63,825 nt of DNA, filler included, from 11 parts of 11 records of this genome joined end to end with filler, not necessarily neighbours in it; one strand, 5' to 3'; shown: positions 46,244 through 58,330, numbered from the whole stretch's first letter. Numbers and translations: made by a program. The notes: generated by a model not told the origin, from the letters alone.

Positions 46244-49200
46244 GCAGAGCAATATCCCACCCCAGATTCAACATGTCTACGTCTAGCACATGCCCGAAGC
46301 TTTCAGTACCATCGGGTTGATACAGCCTCTCACATATATGCTGTAGATCGTTGTGCGGAGGGTTGTACGAGCCAGTGGACCATGTCTTGAACTTGGTGAA
46401 GATCCAGAACAAAGTCAATACCAGAGTGTATACCAAGCACATTTCAGGTGTACCAAGCTGATGCCTGATGATCGATAGCGTCGAATCAATTCGTCGCACG
46501 TTACGTTTCTGCCCAGTTGCTGAGTTTACCTGTTCCATCTTTTCAACGTCAACCTGACGCGTGGACCCAGCAGGCAACCCGAGCCGGCGTGGGTGTGTAA
46601 TTTCGAAATTGACCATATCCTTCGATTCCTTTCGCCACTCCTTTTCTAGCCGCGCGCTGTCGTCGTCGCTGTACCGACTCCAAATGTATTTCGATCGTCC
46701 TCCCATGTCTTCGTCCTCCCAGTCTTCGTACTCCCATCGCTCAAATTCCGCAAACACCAAATAACACACGATGACCGCGATCACCAAACAACACACGGTA
46801 CCCCAAACTAGCCCAACCCAGCTGATGATGCAAAACCCAAGCAATATGAGTGCGCCAGCACAAGAGAATACAACCACCTGATCAATGAGCGAGCCTCCTC
46901 TCCGCTGGATGGCTGTGGAAGATGGCTCTCGGATATCCAACTTCGAGGTGCCGAGGTAAGCGGTGATGCTCAGTAGACCCACCGCTGGCCAAATCAACGA
47001 CCCGAACAGCCCCTGAAGCCCAATCGCCAATAGAGCAACTGGCAAAAGGGACTCTAAGAATTGCTTGTGCGCATCGTACTGCTTGTGCGCAAAGACTAGT
47101 GGTTTCAGCAATATCCAGATCGAATGGAGAAGGCATCCCACGATCAGCACAAACGGAGGCACCGCATTCACAAGCTGCACTGTGAGCATTCGTAGCTGAA
47201 GCAGATCGATTGCGGAGCACCAGACTATACAAAATACACAAAACGCTATGATGGTTAGTAATCGAAGGACATATCAACTTCGGTGATATGGCGTGTGGCT
47301 CACATCTGTTGCGTGCTGTGGCAAGCGTGCCTGCCGTTCCAGTGGGACCGGAGCTTGTTGGGGCTTCAACAGCGGTCGTGCGGACAGTCATTGCGTCCGA
47401 ATAATTGTCCACGCCAGTCACAAAGTAGTAACCAAACAGAGTCGTCATTAGAGCCCCAGAGAGCAGGTCCTTGTGAACCATAAATCCCGCGCAGATCATC
47501 ATGCAGCACAGCTGCAGACTTTGCCCGACCACAACGAACCAAGTCATTCTCGCGATCCCCTACGCCAAAAACAACCGTGTGGATAAAGTTGAATTGGATC
47601 AAATCAACAAAGGCAAGCAGTACTACCTGAAGGTAATGTGGTGAAAGTGGCTGACAACTCACCAATAAGTTTTGGAAAGAGAATTCCAGGCTGTCGGCGA
47701 GTTTCAGGAACCAATCCGCTGGTCTGCGCAGAAATCTCGGCAGTTTCTGGTAAACGCTCACGTCTTGCAATCGTTGCGAGGCCCGAGAACCCAAGGCCTG
47801 AAAGTCTTTTAGAGGTTCGACCAGCTTACGTTTGCTTTTGTCGCTCAATTTCAAGATTTGACGCTTGTCAGTAAACTTCCCCCGCTCATCTCCCGTTTTG
47901 TCTTCGCACCAGCTAAGGAACTCTTCAAAGCGCATGCCGTGCTCTACTTCGAGGTACGCCGATCGTGCTAACCCGAGCTCCTTGGCGTACTTCTTGATTT
48001 CACAAGCATCCAAATCCCTGCGGTACTCCGGATTGACCTCTTGAGACGAACGAGAATCAATCATAGACCAGATCCAGTCCTCGATGAATTCAGTTTCCTG
48101 TTGCTTTAGCTCAGCCTTCACTTCACTCTTGAGCAGCGCTACCGGCAGCACTAACATAACAAGGAGAATGATTATCCCAAGGAGTAGCAGAACGAGATAG
48201 GTCCCACCTACGTATGTCCAACCGTTGCTCAGTAAGATCACACCAACTTCAATAAGCACGGTCATGGTCAGAAGTGCCACAACAAGCCGTGCAAACAACT
48301 TGAACCCCGAGCTTCTACTCTCCGAATTGACATAACTGATGGCTTTTGCTTTGGCTGAGGCTGCGTCAATCACCTTGTGTGAATCGTGTTCATGGATCAG
48401 TTTGTCGATGAAATTGTCGTGCAGGTATCCGTGTAGATCTTCGAAGACGTCACTGACCCTCGCAACAGCGCTCCCACTTCTTTCACGCGTTCTATCTACG
48501 GGCGAAGGCAACACGTCGGCAACAATCCTCTTCCGGATATGGTTCGCAGATGTGTCCGTGGGTCCCATGGACCTGGAGTCCCTGCTACGAATAGCTTGCT
48601 GGTCGCGCAAGACATCCTCCATGGTCTTGTGCTTCAACACCGTCTTTAGAATCAGCGCAATCAGGGATGTACACGCTAGAACAGTCAGGTACGACGCATC
48701 GGGGGATTGGGAAGGAGAATCATCGTGAAGAGCGTGCGTAACGGTTGCCATAGGAATCCCAGCAAGTGACATTAGCGCTGTCCAAACACGAGTTTCGCAA
48801 TACGTTTTGTGCTCCCAGTGTCGCCAATCCAAAAAGAGTGTGCCCAAAGGAGGTGAAGTCAACGCGTAAAAGAACATGGCTCCACATGCCCATCTGAACA
48901 GTATTTTGGCGTCTCTCTTCAGCTCGAGATCAGGAAGCTCTGAGTCAGCTTTTTCGTGTCGAAAGGTGCGCAAGATTAGCCAAGTGAAAAGACACATCCA
49001 CACAGATGTGCCCTGGTGTGGATGCTGCCGTGCGTCTACGCCAACCCAGTAACACAACAACATGTACAGCAAACCCACTTGCATAACGAATACTCCACCC
49101 GCATGCCAGCACAGGCACAAAACATGGTCAAGCCAGCTTTCATCGCCGTAGCGAGGGCCGTACACCTTGGTGTTGGACGCTTCCACACCAGCGAGTGACA

Positions 49201-52123
49201 AGTCTTCAGTAGTTACAGGCTTTGGCTCCGCCTCCGCCTTCGCCTGCGCCTGCGCTGTGTCAATCTTCCACCGCGTGCAGCAGGCCATAGATGTAAGGAT
49301 GAAGTAGTCCGACCAAAAGTCATCTACCGGACACGGCCGGTAGTACTTTTGAAGGGTGACGCACTCGTTCGCTATGCCAAGCCAGACTCGCAGCGCGGGG
49401 TCTCTCGTCACCAGCTGAGTGGGGGGTGGGAGGAAATCCAGCCACGAGCAATCTGGTGGCCTACCCAGGTACACCAAGTAACGAACCCATAGCACAACAA
49501 GCAGCAAACCCATTTGATTCTGGCACACGCCCTTGGCAAACGCTCGACAAGTCCTTTTAAACCATTCTCGAAAGCACAGCAGCCCAAGAAGCAACGTCGC
49601 ACATATCGCACTTATGTAGGACCCACCAATCGCCCGACTGCTCAAAAGCCCGCCGGTGAGGTGGTTTCCCCATTTGAAAAATACCCAACCAAGTCCGACA
49701 ACCATTAAAACAACGAGAATCCCACACCAGAAAGCTTTGTTTGCATTTGACTGCAGTCCGTGGTGACGCTGGTTTGCGTGCTCCACTTCGCGTTGGGTCT
49801 GTGTATAACACACCAGTAGTAACAGGTATAGTCCACTGACAAAGTCGACCTGTCCGCGCAAGACTGGAGTACAAATCAGGAGCGCGGAAAAAGCAGGCTC
49901 AAAGATGGCCTTATCAGTAATCGTGCCGCGAATCCATATGAGAACATCTCGAACCTTCGCGGCAAACCAAACTAGCCCCACCAGGTCCACGTCCTCTTCA
50001 TGGTATTGCCCAGGGAGCGGCAAGTCTGCTTGCTGTGTGCCACCTTTGTCTTGGTCAGATGATTCGCTGAGCCAGTCGTGCACAGCCAACGATATCATCA
50101 CGACAAGTGGCACGAAAGTGGATTCGAGAGTGTCATACTTTCCATCGGGATTCTTGCGCATCACTTCTCCACGAAATCCAATCCACGTGAATGTTTGGTC
50201 CGCATCACAACCGAATATCGTCTCAAGTGTGGCAAACGGTAAGATTGATCCTTCTGATTCATACTGGGGAAACACTTGCTGCCAGTACTTCAGTTTCCAC
50301 ACGTAAACGCTTGTAAGATGCACCAGTGGGACAAACTTGCCGAATATGAGAAACCAGCCTTGGACGCATGACAAACTGCATTTCTCGGGCCAATTAGGGT
50401 GGCCCCAAGCAAACGTTAAGGTCGTACCCATGACAAAGTACACGAAATTGAACAAGGAGAGCTCAAAAGTGCCCATCCATACGATCACTGCAATACATGT
50501 GACTCGCAGTACCTGGTTACAGTCTTCCCTGAACACTGACTTGTTTTCCACGCACCGTTCGGACATACCCCTGACGCCGAGCGTTTCCCAGAACGTTTCG
50601 CCGAGCGTGTCCGAGAGCCTTTGCCAACCCATTCTCACGTAACGAAATGGATCGGTTTCTGAGATTTCAGCTTCCTTCTTCGAGCGTAGCAAAGAACCAG
50701 TGGCCACCAGTGCGAGCATCTCGGGCAAGATATCGATCGTCGCGCCCCCGTTTGTCGAGAAAAAATCTCCAGGATTTGTAACAAGTCCAATATCGTCGAG
50801 TAGATCGCGCGCCGAGTAATCCGGTGCCCAGTCCCGAAATCGTTGCCAGTTTTCGAGCCAATTTAACATGGTACATGCGGAGATGACATTCGTGCGGAAT
50901 AAGCGACGAAAGAGTTGAGACTTGTAGCAGTATTTCACGACAATGCTGGCCACCAACCAGGACTGCGCAAATTGCATCGCTCGCATGCGGCAACCACCGC
51001 GCTTCCACGTGAGTAAAATACCAGCGAGAACGAGAGTCACGGTCTGCAAAATCGTGCTGCCACCATCGTCGCGGCTCTTATGGTAGCGGGGTCCGTACAC
51101 AGATAGGAAGAGAAAACCAGTGGCAAACACGTGCTTGGCGTTTTCAATGAGAAGCCTGTCAGTTTCTGGATGAGCGGTCTCAGGGTCACCCCCACGCTCA
51201 GTCTCGTCTTCATCTTCGTCTTCGTCATCTTCAATCGAATTGATCTGTGCCCTTGCTTCCACTGCTTTCATCCAACAAGTGGTAGTGACCAGAGCCAAAA
51301 AAGGCAACCCAAACGTCCGCCACGAGTAGCCAAGCATATCGTCGCACATTCCAAAGTCGTCATATGGAGATGCGTCCGAGGAGTTTCTTGGGTGTTCACA
51401 CGCATCAATGCTAATGATACCGACAGATTGTTGCCACGTTCCCGGTTGGTGCACCCACGGAAAGTTCAGAGCGTACACAATGAAGAGCGATGCTTGGCAA
51501 GACACTTGCACCCATCGCACGAAGTGGCTTCGAATCCCACACAAGGCTATCAACAACCCTAGCAGGAAAAACCAGCAGTGGCCAAAGTCAAATTTGGCCA
51601 GGCCCGCGAAGAACATTGCAAGCATTGACAGAGCTCTGCAAACTCCGACGTAGGCACCCGCTGGAACTGATTCGAGGATACGTATTAGAATTCCCTTTCG
51701 AGCTTGGCAATCATTTTCGGATCGAGAGCACTTGTAAATCAAAAGCACCATCAGCAGTAAAATTAGCGGGCAGTAGCGCCACAGCATGCTCTCGTGAATG
51801 GCACCCCACGGGCCTCCTGTCCACCATAGCTTGCACATCTGCACAATCATTAAAGCGCAGAAGAGCGAGCAGTAAAGTGCACTTGCGAGGGCTCGGCTGC
51901 TGCTGGGCAGGCATGCCGTGCCTATGGGTGCCTGGGGCTCAGACACCGGCTGAGCGCCTGGGCTCGTTCTCGGCGGCGCCACTGCGTCGCCGCGAGAATT
52001 CAGGCTCGTGCTCCACGCGCTGAACTCAGGCTCGTCGACAGGAGCTGGCACGACGCCATGGTTCGGCTCGCCATCAGGGCCAAGCAGCGGCATCCTCTCG
52101 CTGGACATCGGCACGCGCGGCAT
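46244..52123 (-). CDS. PIEZO: Piezo-like mechanosensitive channel, 3'-partial, with an inserted WWE domain. Exons 52123-47663, 47559-47304, 47224-<46244
   Basis: More than 1,800 aa with over 30 hydrophobic segments in repeated 4-TM units; Piezo-like motifs LSLFNFVYF, FVSGLYLLLL, VRYLVYLGRPPDC, WLG..SDYFIL, QSLQLCCMMI..DLLSGALM..LFGY..RNRFW; the pore module lies beyond the contig end. Confidence 0.7.
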
Positions 52124-52521
52124 TTGACCTTCGTTCGATCTAATGCGGCGTTGCGAGTGTGCGTGTGCCCGCGCCGCCAATCGTCGCGATGTCCGGCGTG
52201 CGCTGCCTCGTGCTGTGCTTCACGTGCTGGTTTCCGTGATGCACGGCTGAGCCGCGCTGCTGACTTTAGCTGCAGGTATGGTCTTCCAGTACGACATACA
52301 AGATCCCTCGGAGTCGTGACGCTAATTGTAGTAAGAGCAGGAGGGGCAGCTGAGCTGGCGTTGATAGGTCGCGCTTTGCCAGCCTCCCTTCGCTCTCCGC
52401 GGCGCGGCCCACGCAGTCGGCGGTGCAGCCCCGGGGCGTGCGTACGGTATCGATGCGTGCTCCCGACCAACGGACAGGATCGCGTTGGATCGTGTGCGCC
52501 GCGCGCCGCGGGCCGCCGCGG

Positions 52522-52621
52522 NNNNNNNNNNNNNNNNNNNNNNNNNNNNNNNNNNNNNNNNNNNNTTAATTAATTAANNNNNNNNNNNNNNNNNNNNNNN
52601 NNNNNNNNNNNNNNNNNNNNN
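52522..52621. other. Artificial contig spacer
   Basis: N44-TTAATTAATTAA-N44. Confidence 0.99.
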
Positions 52622-52623
52622 AG

Positions 52624-54198
52624 CAGCAGCAGCAGCAGCAGCAGCAGCGGTCCATCAGCGCAGACTTGGCCATAGCCACCACCCCGGGCGGCCATGTCAA
52701 CACTCCTGTAACAGGCCGTGGCCGTACCACACCCGGTGCAGAAACACCGGCATCTAGTCGGACGCTGCTCAGTGCTCCGGCGACGCCGCTAATTGCACGA
52801 CGTGGTTCGCGGTCGCACGGCAGATTTTCGGACGAGACAATGAGTGGCACTACGACCTCCGCTGCCAGCAATCGGCAGCGTCCAAGATCTGCTGGGGCAC
52901 GAGTCTCTACTTCTGTGTCGCTGCTGGTGCAGCCAATGACCAGTGGTGATGACGATGAGGGCTTGCTGGCGACTCCAGGAACGCCAGCAGATTCTCGTGA
53001 ATTAACAGATTTCAAGCCTTTCATGAACTGCTCGGCTGCCCGCTTCGTTGACTTCGTCCTGGATCCGACCGTTGAGCCTCCACGCTTCGCAAAGCCGGGT
53101 GAACGATCTGCCAGCTACGTGCTGGCCGAACAGCGAGCTCCTGGACCCGCGCAGCGGGCGGCGCGACATCGGCAACAGCGAAAGAATGGTGAGCGAGTTC
53201 GACGGCGTAAAGCAGAGCGAGAAGAGGCTTGGGTGGCGGCAAAGATAGAGGACATCAATCGACGCCAGCTGCAGAAGGAGGAATTGTTGTACCAGCGCGA
53301 CAACAAGGTGCTCCTCACAAAGCAGCGTGGCATGTTGGTGCAAGTTGCGTTAGCATCGCGGTTGAATTGCTGGATCAGCGGGATAAAGAAGGCGCGCGCT
53401 GAGAAAGAAGAGTACTGGCAAGAACACCGCGCCGCGCTAGCAATTGGCACTTGGTTTAAAACACGAAGGATGATCAAAAACATGAAAGCGGCGAATAGCC
53501 AACGGGGTGACGCTTGCACCAGGATCCAGCGCTGGTGGCGTGGTATTCTGCTGTACAAATGGACTGAAGCTCGACAGCGGGCTGCGAATACCATCGTGGC
53601 TGCAACGCGTGCCGTACACAGTTCGGGCAAGCTGCAGGAATTGATTCGGATTTTTCGGTACAAAGTTGTGCGAATTCAGAAGTCTTGGAGAGAGACACGG
53701 TTGCGCCAAGCAGCGGAGGTCGCGCTGTGTATCAGAAAATGGGAAAAGTCAAGGAAATATCTTGTAAGCAAAAAATCTGAGCTGGAGCAGGCGATTGCGA
53801 ACGTCAAAGACGAGCGCTCGACCACGCAGCGGGAGCGTGTGGCAAAACGAGAGGCACTCGAGAAAGAGCTAGAAGAGTTACCGAAGTTGCCAGAGGGCGT
53901 AGGGAAGAAGGGATTCGTGTCACCGACTGTGATGAAAATTATCGCCGAACGGTGGGTCCGAAAGAACAGAGCCGACCACAAGAAAGTGCTGCGTGCCTAC
54001 TTTCTCGAGCTTGACCAGTACAACGAGCAGTATGCGGCTATGGCATCTAAGCTGGCTGCGCGGCAGCTCATGGGCGCACGAGTCAGCGGAGTGGAGGGCA
54101 TGCCCACCAAACCGCTAAAACCATTCTATCGCATGCTACCGTCAGATCTCGATGTGGTGCGCATGATCAAGGCCAGCCAGAAGCTAGAGCGAGCCTGA
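52624..54198 (+). CDS. IQ calmodulin-binding motif / coiled-coil protein, probably 5'-partial
   Basis: Frame open from the contig start (polyQ from CAG repeat); IQ motifs ACTRIQRWWRGILLYK and VVRIQKSWRETRLR, degenerate ALAIGTWFKTRR. Confidence 0.7.
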   Translation, partial: QQQQQQQQRSISADLAIATTPGGHVNTPVTGRGRTTPGAETPASSRTLLSAPATPLIARRGSRSHGRFSDETMSGTTTSAASNRQRPRSAGARVSTSVSLLVQPMTSGDDDEGLLATPGTPADSRELTDFKPFMNCSAARFVDFVLDPTVEPPRFAKPGERSASYVLAEQRAPGPAQRAARHRQQRKNGERVRRRKAEREEAWVAAKIEDINRRQLQKEELLYQRDNKVLLTKQRGMLVQVALASRLNCWISGIKKARAEKEEYWQEHRAALAIGTWFKTRRMIKNMKAANSQRGDACTRIQRWWRGILLYKWTEARQRAANTIVAATRAVHSSGKLQELIRIFRYKVVRIQKSWRETRLRQAAEVALCIRKWEKSRKYLVSKKSELEQAIANVKDERSTTQRERVAKREALEKELEELPKLPEGVGKKGFVSPTVMKIIAERWVRKNRADHKKVLRAYFLELDQYNEQYAAMASKLAARQLMGARVSGVEGMPTKPLKPFYRMLPSDLDVVRMIKASQKLERA

Positions 54199-54284
54199 GC
54201 AGTGCGCTGTGTCGTGGACAATGCGCTGTTCACACACGTGGTAGCCTTTGAATTGAACATACCAACATGTCCACCACCAAGCTT

Positions 54285-57206
54285 TCACCCAGCTAATAGC
54301 TTGTCCAGCTTCGAGTCGAGGCTCGCTAGTGATGACTTGAGATGCTTTTGCACCTCAGCAATCTTCTCATTCAAAGCCTTTTCCGTCATCTGCACGGCGT
54401 TCAGTTCGGGGAATGCTAGTTCCTCCACGGCCGTCTGCTCATCCGCCGCCGTCACCCCATCCTCATTGTCATCTGACAAGATGTAAAAGTACTTCGCAAC
54501 AAGCTTTAACTCGTCCGGCCCTTTCGGCCAACTATCTCTGAACACTATCGGGCAGTCCTTTTTGTCCAGGTACACCAGGTCACAGTACGTGACCGCATCC
54601 ACGGTCCAATCTCTGGTGGTCTCTTCAATTTGCTGTTGCAGTGGTCTTCTCAATGCAGCTGAGAGCCCAAAGATAGGCTCGCGGTCCTCGTGCTTCACCT
54701 TGTGCGGAAGTTTGCGTGCCTCTGGCACTTGTCCGGTTCCGTTGATGACAACGGTGCCCGCCAAGAGAATGTAGAACCGTTGCCCGTACTGACCAGCCTC
54801 CACAATTGTATCCTTTGGGGCCTTCGCTTCTGTCCTGCTAGACATCCTGAAGGCCATCTCTTCCAAGAAGCTCTCAGGTGGTGGATCAATCTTGGGAATC
54901 CCAAATTTCTTCAAAAACCACCACTGCTCAAACTCTTCCATATCAATCGCGCCTTCGCCGTCAGCATCCATTTCTGCGAAAGCCGCTTGCATTTGTTCGG
55001 TCGTCATATGCATTCCCAGACGCGTTATGAGGCCCTCGATCTCCCCGTGGTCAAGCGAGCCGCCCCCGTCCGTGTCAGTCTCTTCAAACAGCTCCTTCAC
55101 ACGCCTATCTTCCTCAATACTGTCCTTCGCATGCCCCAGCATCTTGACATTGATGAGAGCAGGCTTGAACAGTGCAATTTTAATGCGCCGCTTGAGCGAC
55201 TCTGACAATGGAGCAAACCGCTCGTCGCCATCTTCGACTGTGCTCCCGGAGTTCGAATTAGCCTTGAAGTTGAGGAACGCGATCGTGGAGTGGATGAGAT
55301 CCATCGGGGCACCGTTGGACTTCATGAAGCCGATCACCTCGTTTTTAACATCATTGGCCTCCGCAGCCTGCTTCCCAAGGACGTCGTTGAGCTTATTAAT
55401 CTGGTCGAGCAACACAGCGAAAAACGACAGACCGATGACCTCGGCGAAGACCACGAAGATGATTTCAGGTTGAGACGCAGGACCAATGTCGCCGTATCCA
55501 ATGGTCGTCATTGTGGTAATCGCCCAGTACATAGACATGACGTAGGCATACGACCTGCCCATCAACGGTTTCCAGTCACCGGTCCCTACAATGGTTTCGC
55601 ATTCTCCATCGCCTACGTTGTATATTTTGTTCTCCTTGGTTACGCAGACTCCAGCGCCGGCAGCTGGGGTATTCACGCATGTGGAGGTGAAGCTAGTGTC
55701 GCCGACAGACGCACGAACACCTGCCTTGCCGCAAAACAAAGGAGACCCGTCAACACCATCGATATCGACATCATCGCGGGGCACAGCTGCAACACAGGCT
55801 GCTGAGCCACCTGACTCTAGTAACGCGCATACTCGTTTGCCGTCGGAATCGGGAGCGACGTATTCTATGCATTCATCTTTGTCGGTGCTGAAATCTCGGC
55901 TAGCGCAGATGTCAGCATACTTGGCAACACACGACATGATCGGCGCGCATTCTTCATCGCGCCCAGCCTTCAGCGTATCGTAAACAGGCATGCTCGGGTC
56001 CCACTCGTCAAAAGTCCCGTCTCTCCACGAGCTTTTCATACAGTCGCTTTTCATGTTCTCATACGGGTGACCCAGCTGATAATCCTTGCCAGGGTCACCA
56101 GACAGGTCGAGGTCGTCGTCAATGAAAGGTGTGCCATAGCCAGTGCACTCAACCAAGGTTGGCACCATGAAGAAGAAGCAGCCCAGAATGTGAGCACAGA
56201 TAAGCACGTATATGATAAACTTGGCGGCTTCAACGAAGCCCGTGTTGATAGTCCAGGATGCTGTCAGGCGGTGCACGAGCCTGCTTGCGCGGGCCAGACG
56301 TGCAACCTTGATCAGTCGCACGAGCCGCACGACGCCGCCGTCCACATCCTCGAAAAGAGCCCCGACAATGAGATCCCACTGCACAGTGGCGAGTATGTCC
56401 ACCCAGAACCACAGTGCTAAGTAGTTCTTAGCGATGACTTTCTTTTCGTACACAATTTCGTAGCCACGGTCGAAACCAGTCCAGAAGTTGAAAATGATGT
56501 CGACGTAGAACGCAACATCGATGGCGATGGCCCATGGTGACATGCCGGGAGGCTCGGTCGCGCGAAATTCGCTGTCCAACATGTGGACGTGGTAATCATC
56601 CGCGTTCACTTCCATGTTGTCTCCGACTACGAACGTCTGGTCGAAAGCGGCGTTGTACGGCTCCATGATGGAGCTGTAGAACACCAGGATGAGGATGAAG
56701 ACGTCCCAGGCGGTGTGGAACTTCGAGTACGGGTGGAAGTGGAAGCGCCAAAGGAACCGGTACAGATTTACGCACGGGTTCCGGCTTTTCTTTTGTTTGT
56801 CTAAGGCCTCAAAGATGGTGCTGGACCCCATGTCATCGACCACTTTGGACATCACCGCAACTTTCTTCACCGACTTGATCATCTTCATCCGTGCCGCCGA
56901 CTTGGTCTGCATACCAGTCAGGGGCTTGTCCGCAGTGTATCCCGTCATGCCCAAGTCCATCATCACGTTCTTCGCCTGGTCGGGTGGCGCTTGCAGCAAC
57001 GCTGCTATCCCGGACTGACCCGCAGGATTGGTCTTGGGCTTGGGCGCCATCGTGAACGGGTTCGCCTTCGCCGCGCTGGCGCCGAGCGCGGGCGATCCCG
57101 ACGCAGCCTGCATCGCTCCAGGTAGGAGCGCCTCAGGCTCCGGCGCCGGCGCCGAAGCAGGAGCAGGAGCATCTCCGCTTGCCGCATCCCCGACCACTTG
57201 GTCCAT
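54285..57206 (-). CDS. 6TM K+ channel of the EAG/HCN/CNG (CNBD) superfamily with a large Cys-rich turret and an inserted EF-hand pair; intronless
   Basis: FHPYSKFHTAWD (S1), DIIFNFWTG, YLALWFWVDILAT, S4 RLVRLIKVARLARASRL, filter TTMTTIGYGDI, C-linker LSESLKRRI, EF loops DTDGGGSLDHGE and DADGEGAIDMEE, CNBD GQRFYILLAGTV..IFGL..VTYCDL. Confidence 0.9.
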   Translation of the reverse strand: MDQVVGDAASGDAPAPASAPAPEPEALLPGAMQAASGSPALGASAAKANPFTMAPKPKTNPAGQSGIAALLQAPPDQAKNVMMDLGMTGYTADKPLTGMQTKSAARMKMIKSVKKVAVMSKVVDDMGSSTIFEALDKQKKSRNPCVNLYRFLWRFHFHPYSKFHTAWDVFILILVFYSSIMEPYNAAFDQTFVVGDNMEVNADDYHVHMLDSEFRATEPPGMSPWAIAIDVAFYVDIIFNFWTGFDRGYEIVYEKKVIAKNYLALWFWVDILATVQWDLIVGALFEDVDGGVVRLVRLIKVARLARASRLVHRLTASWTINTGFVEAAKFIIYVLICAHILGCFFFMVPTLVECTGYGTPFIDDDLDLSGDPGKDYQLGHPYENMKSDCMKSSWRDGTFDEWDPSMPVYDTLKAGRDEECAPIMSCVAKYADICASRDFSTDKDECIEYVAPDSDGKRVCALLESGGSAACVAAVPRDDVDIDGVDGSPLFCGKAGVRASVGDTSFTSTCVNTPAAGAGVCVTKENKIYNVGDGECETIVGTGDWKPLMGRSYAYVMSMYWAITTMTTIGYGDIGPASQPEIIFVVFAEVIGLSFFAVLLDQINKLNDVLGKQAAEANDVKNEVIGFMKSNGAPMDLIHSTIAFLNFKANSNSGSTVEDGDERFAPLSESLKRRIKIALFKPALINVKMLGHAKDSIEEDRRVKELFEETDTDGGGSLDHGEIEGLITRLGMHMTTEQMQAAFAEMDADGEGAIDMEEFEQWWFLKKFGIPKIDPPPESFLEEMAFRMSSRTEAKAPKDTIVEAGQYGQRFYILLAGTVVINGTGQVPEARKLPHKVKHEDREPIFGLSAALRRPLQQQIEETTRDWTVDAVTYCDLVYLDKKDCPIVFRDSWPKGPDELKLVAKYFYILSDDNEDGVTAADEQTAVEELAFPELNAVQMTEKALNEKIAEVQKHLKSSLASLDSKLDKLLAG

Positions 57207-57320
57207 CCGCGACAGGTCGCAGCGCGCGCGCTCCACACGCCCTGAGCGCCGCGCTCACGCGCAGCGCCCCCGGGGCCCGCGCGCCCACTCAGCTCCGTCC
57301 ACCTCCTTTTCCCTTCCCCC

Positions 57321-57420
57321 NNNNNNNNNNNNNNNNNNNNNNNNNNNNNNNNNNNNNNNNNNNNTTAATTAATTAANNNNNNNNNNNNNNNNNNNNNNNN
57401 NNNNNNNNNNNNNNNNNNNN
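57321..57420. other. Artificial contig spacer
   Basis: N44-TTAATTAATTAA-N44. Confidence 0.99.
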
Positions 57421-57629
57421 GGTAGCTGGGGGAAGATGGGGGGGCAGGCGGTGAAGGCGGGGGAGACAGCCCTAGTGGGCCCGCACACTTGCTATTGGGG
57501 AGCGGGAGCCACGAGCGCGCTGCGTCAAGCGCTCTGGCTTCCACGCGGCTAGCCGATTGCGCTGCTGCCACCATTGTTTGCGCTTGGCGAGGCAGCCGCT
57601 CGTGTGGAGCACGCCGAAGTGGTCGTAGA

Positions 57630-58081
57630 GTCTCTCCAATACACTGGCACAACGATGCAGTGAACTATGCAGTACACGGGGCGAAGCTGTGGACGTTGTT
57701 GCCTCCCTTGCATGCAGTGTACATGTACAGCAGAAGGCACGCGACTGTTGACACGGCCGATTTTTTCCTTCACAAGAACAGCACGTCGGCACTTCATTGT
57801 GCTCAACGTGCTGGCGACCTGATGTTTGTGCCAGATGGTGAGCCGTCTTGGCGTTCGAAGCATTGGCATTCGTGACTAATTTTATATGTGACCTGCTGTT
57901 GTGGTCAGGCTGGGGTCACGGTGTTCTTAATCTCGAGTCCAGCACTGGTTATGCACAGTCGTGGAATGGTGAGCACAAGGCATTTTCGCACGATATGCCA
58001 CATCGGTTTCTTCACAATCGTCAGCAGATGACCTTAGCGGTGGTCCGGAATCTAACGAAAGAAAATGAGTCGTCCGATTGA
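57630..58081 (+). CDS. JmjC/cupin-like 2OG-Fe(II) oxygenase, C-terminal part (5'-partial). Intron 57838-57908
   Basis: SPIHWHNDAVNYAVHGAKLWTLLPP..HCAQRAGDLMFVPD|GWGHGVLNLESSTG. Confidence 0.75.
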
Positions 58082-58330
58082 AAAAGGACTCTAATGCCCT
58101 TGCGAAGTGCGACCGTTGGATAATACTACCGCAAATACCTGAAGGTATTGCCAGAGTAAGGAAGGAAAAGTATTGTCACTCGGGCTTTTTATGTCAGTGG
58201 GTTGAATGCATGCTCTGTCGCATGGAGATTTACCGACATGATTGAACCAATCGAGGTCATCGGGATTTCCATTGTGAATACATGAAACCAATAGCGCGAA
58301 ATGTCCTCGTCGAAAAGCGAAAGGCCAACA

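Noticed and set aside
7100-57420. Ten identical TTAATTAATTAA elements at semi-regular spacing, resembling a repeat array
   Set aside because: Each is embedded in exactly 44+44 N and is a synthetic six-frame-stop linker. Gene neighbourhoods across them (for example a 'Ca2+ signalling cluster') are not evidence of linkage.
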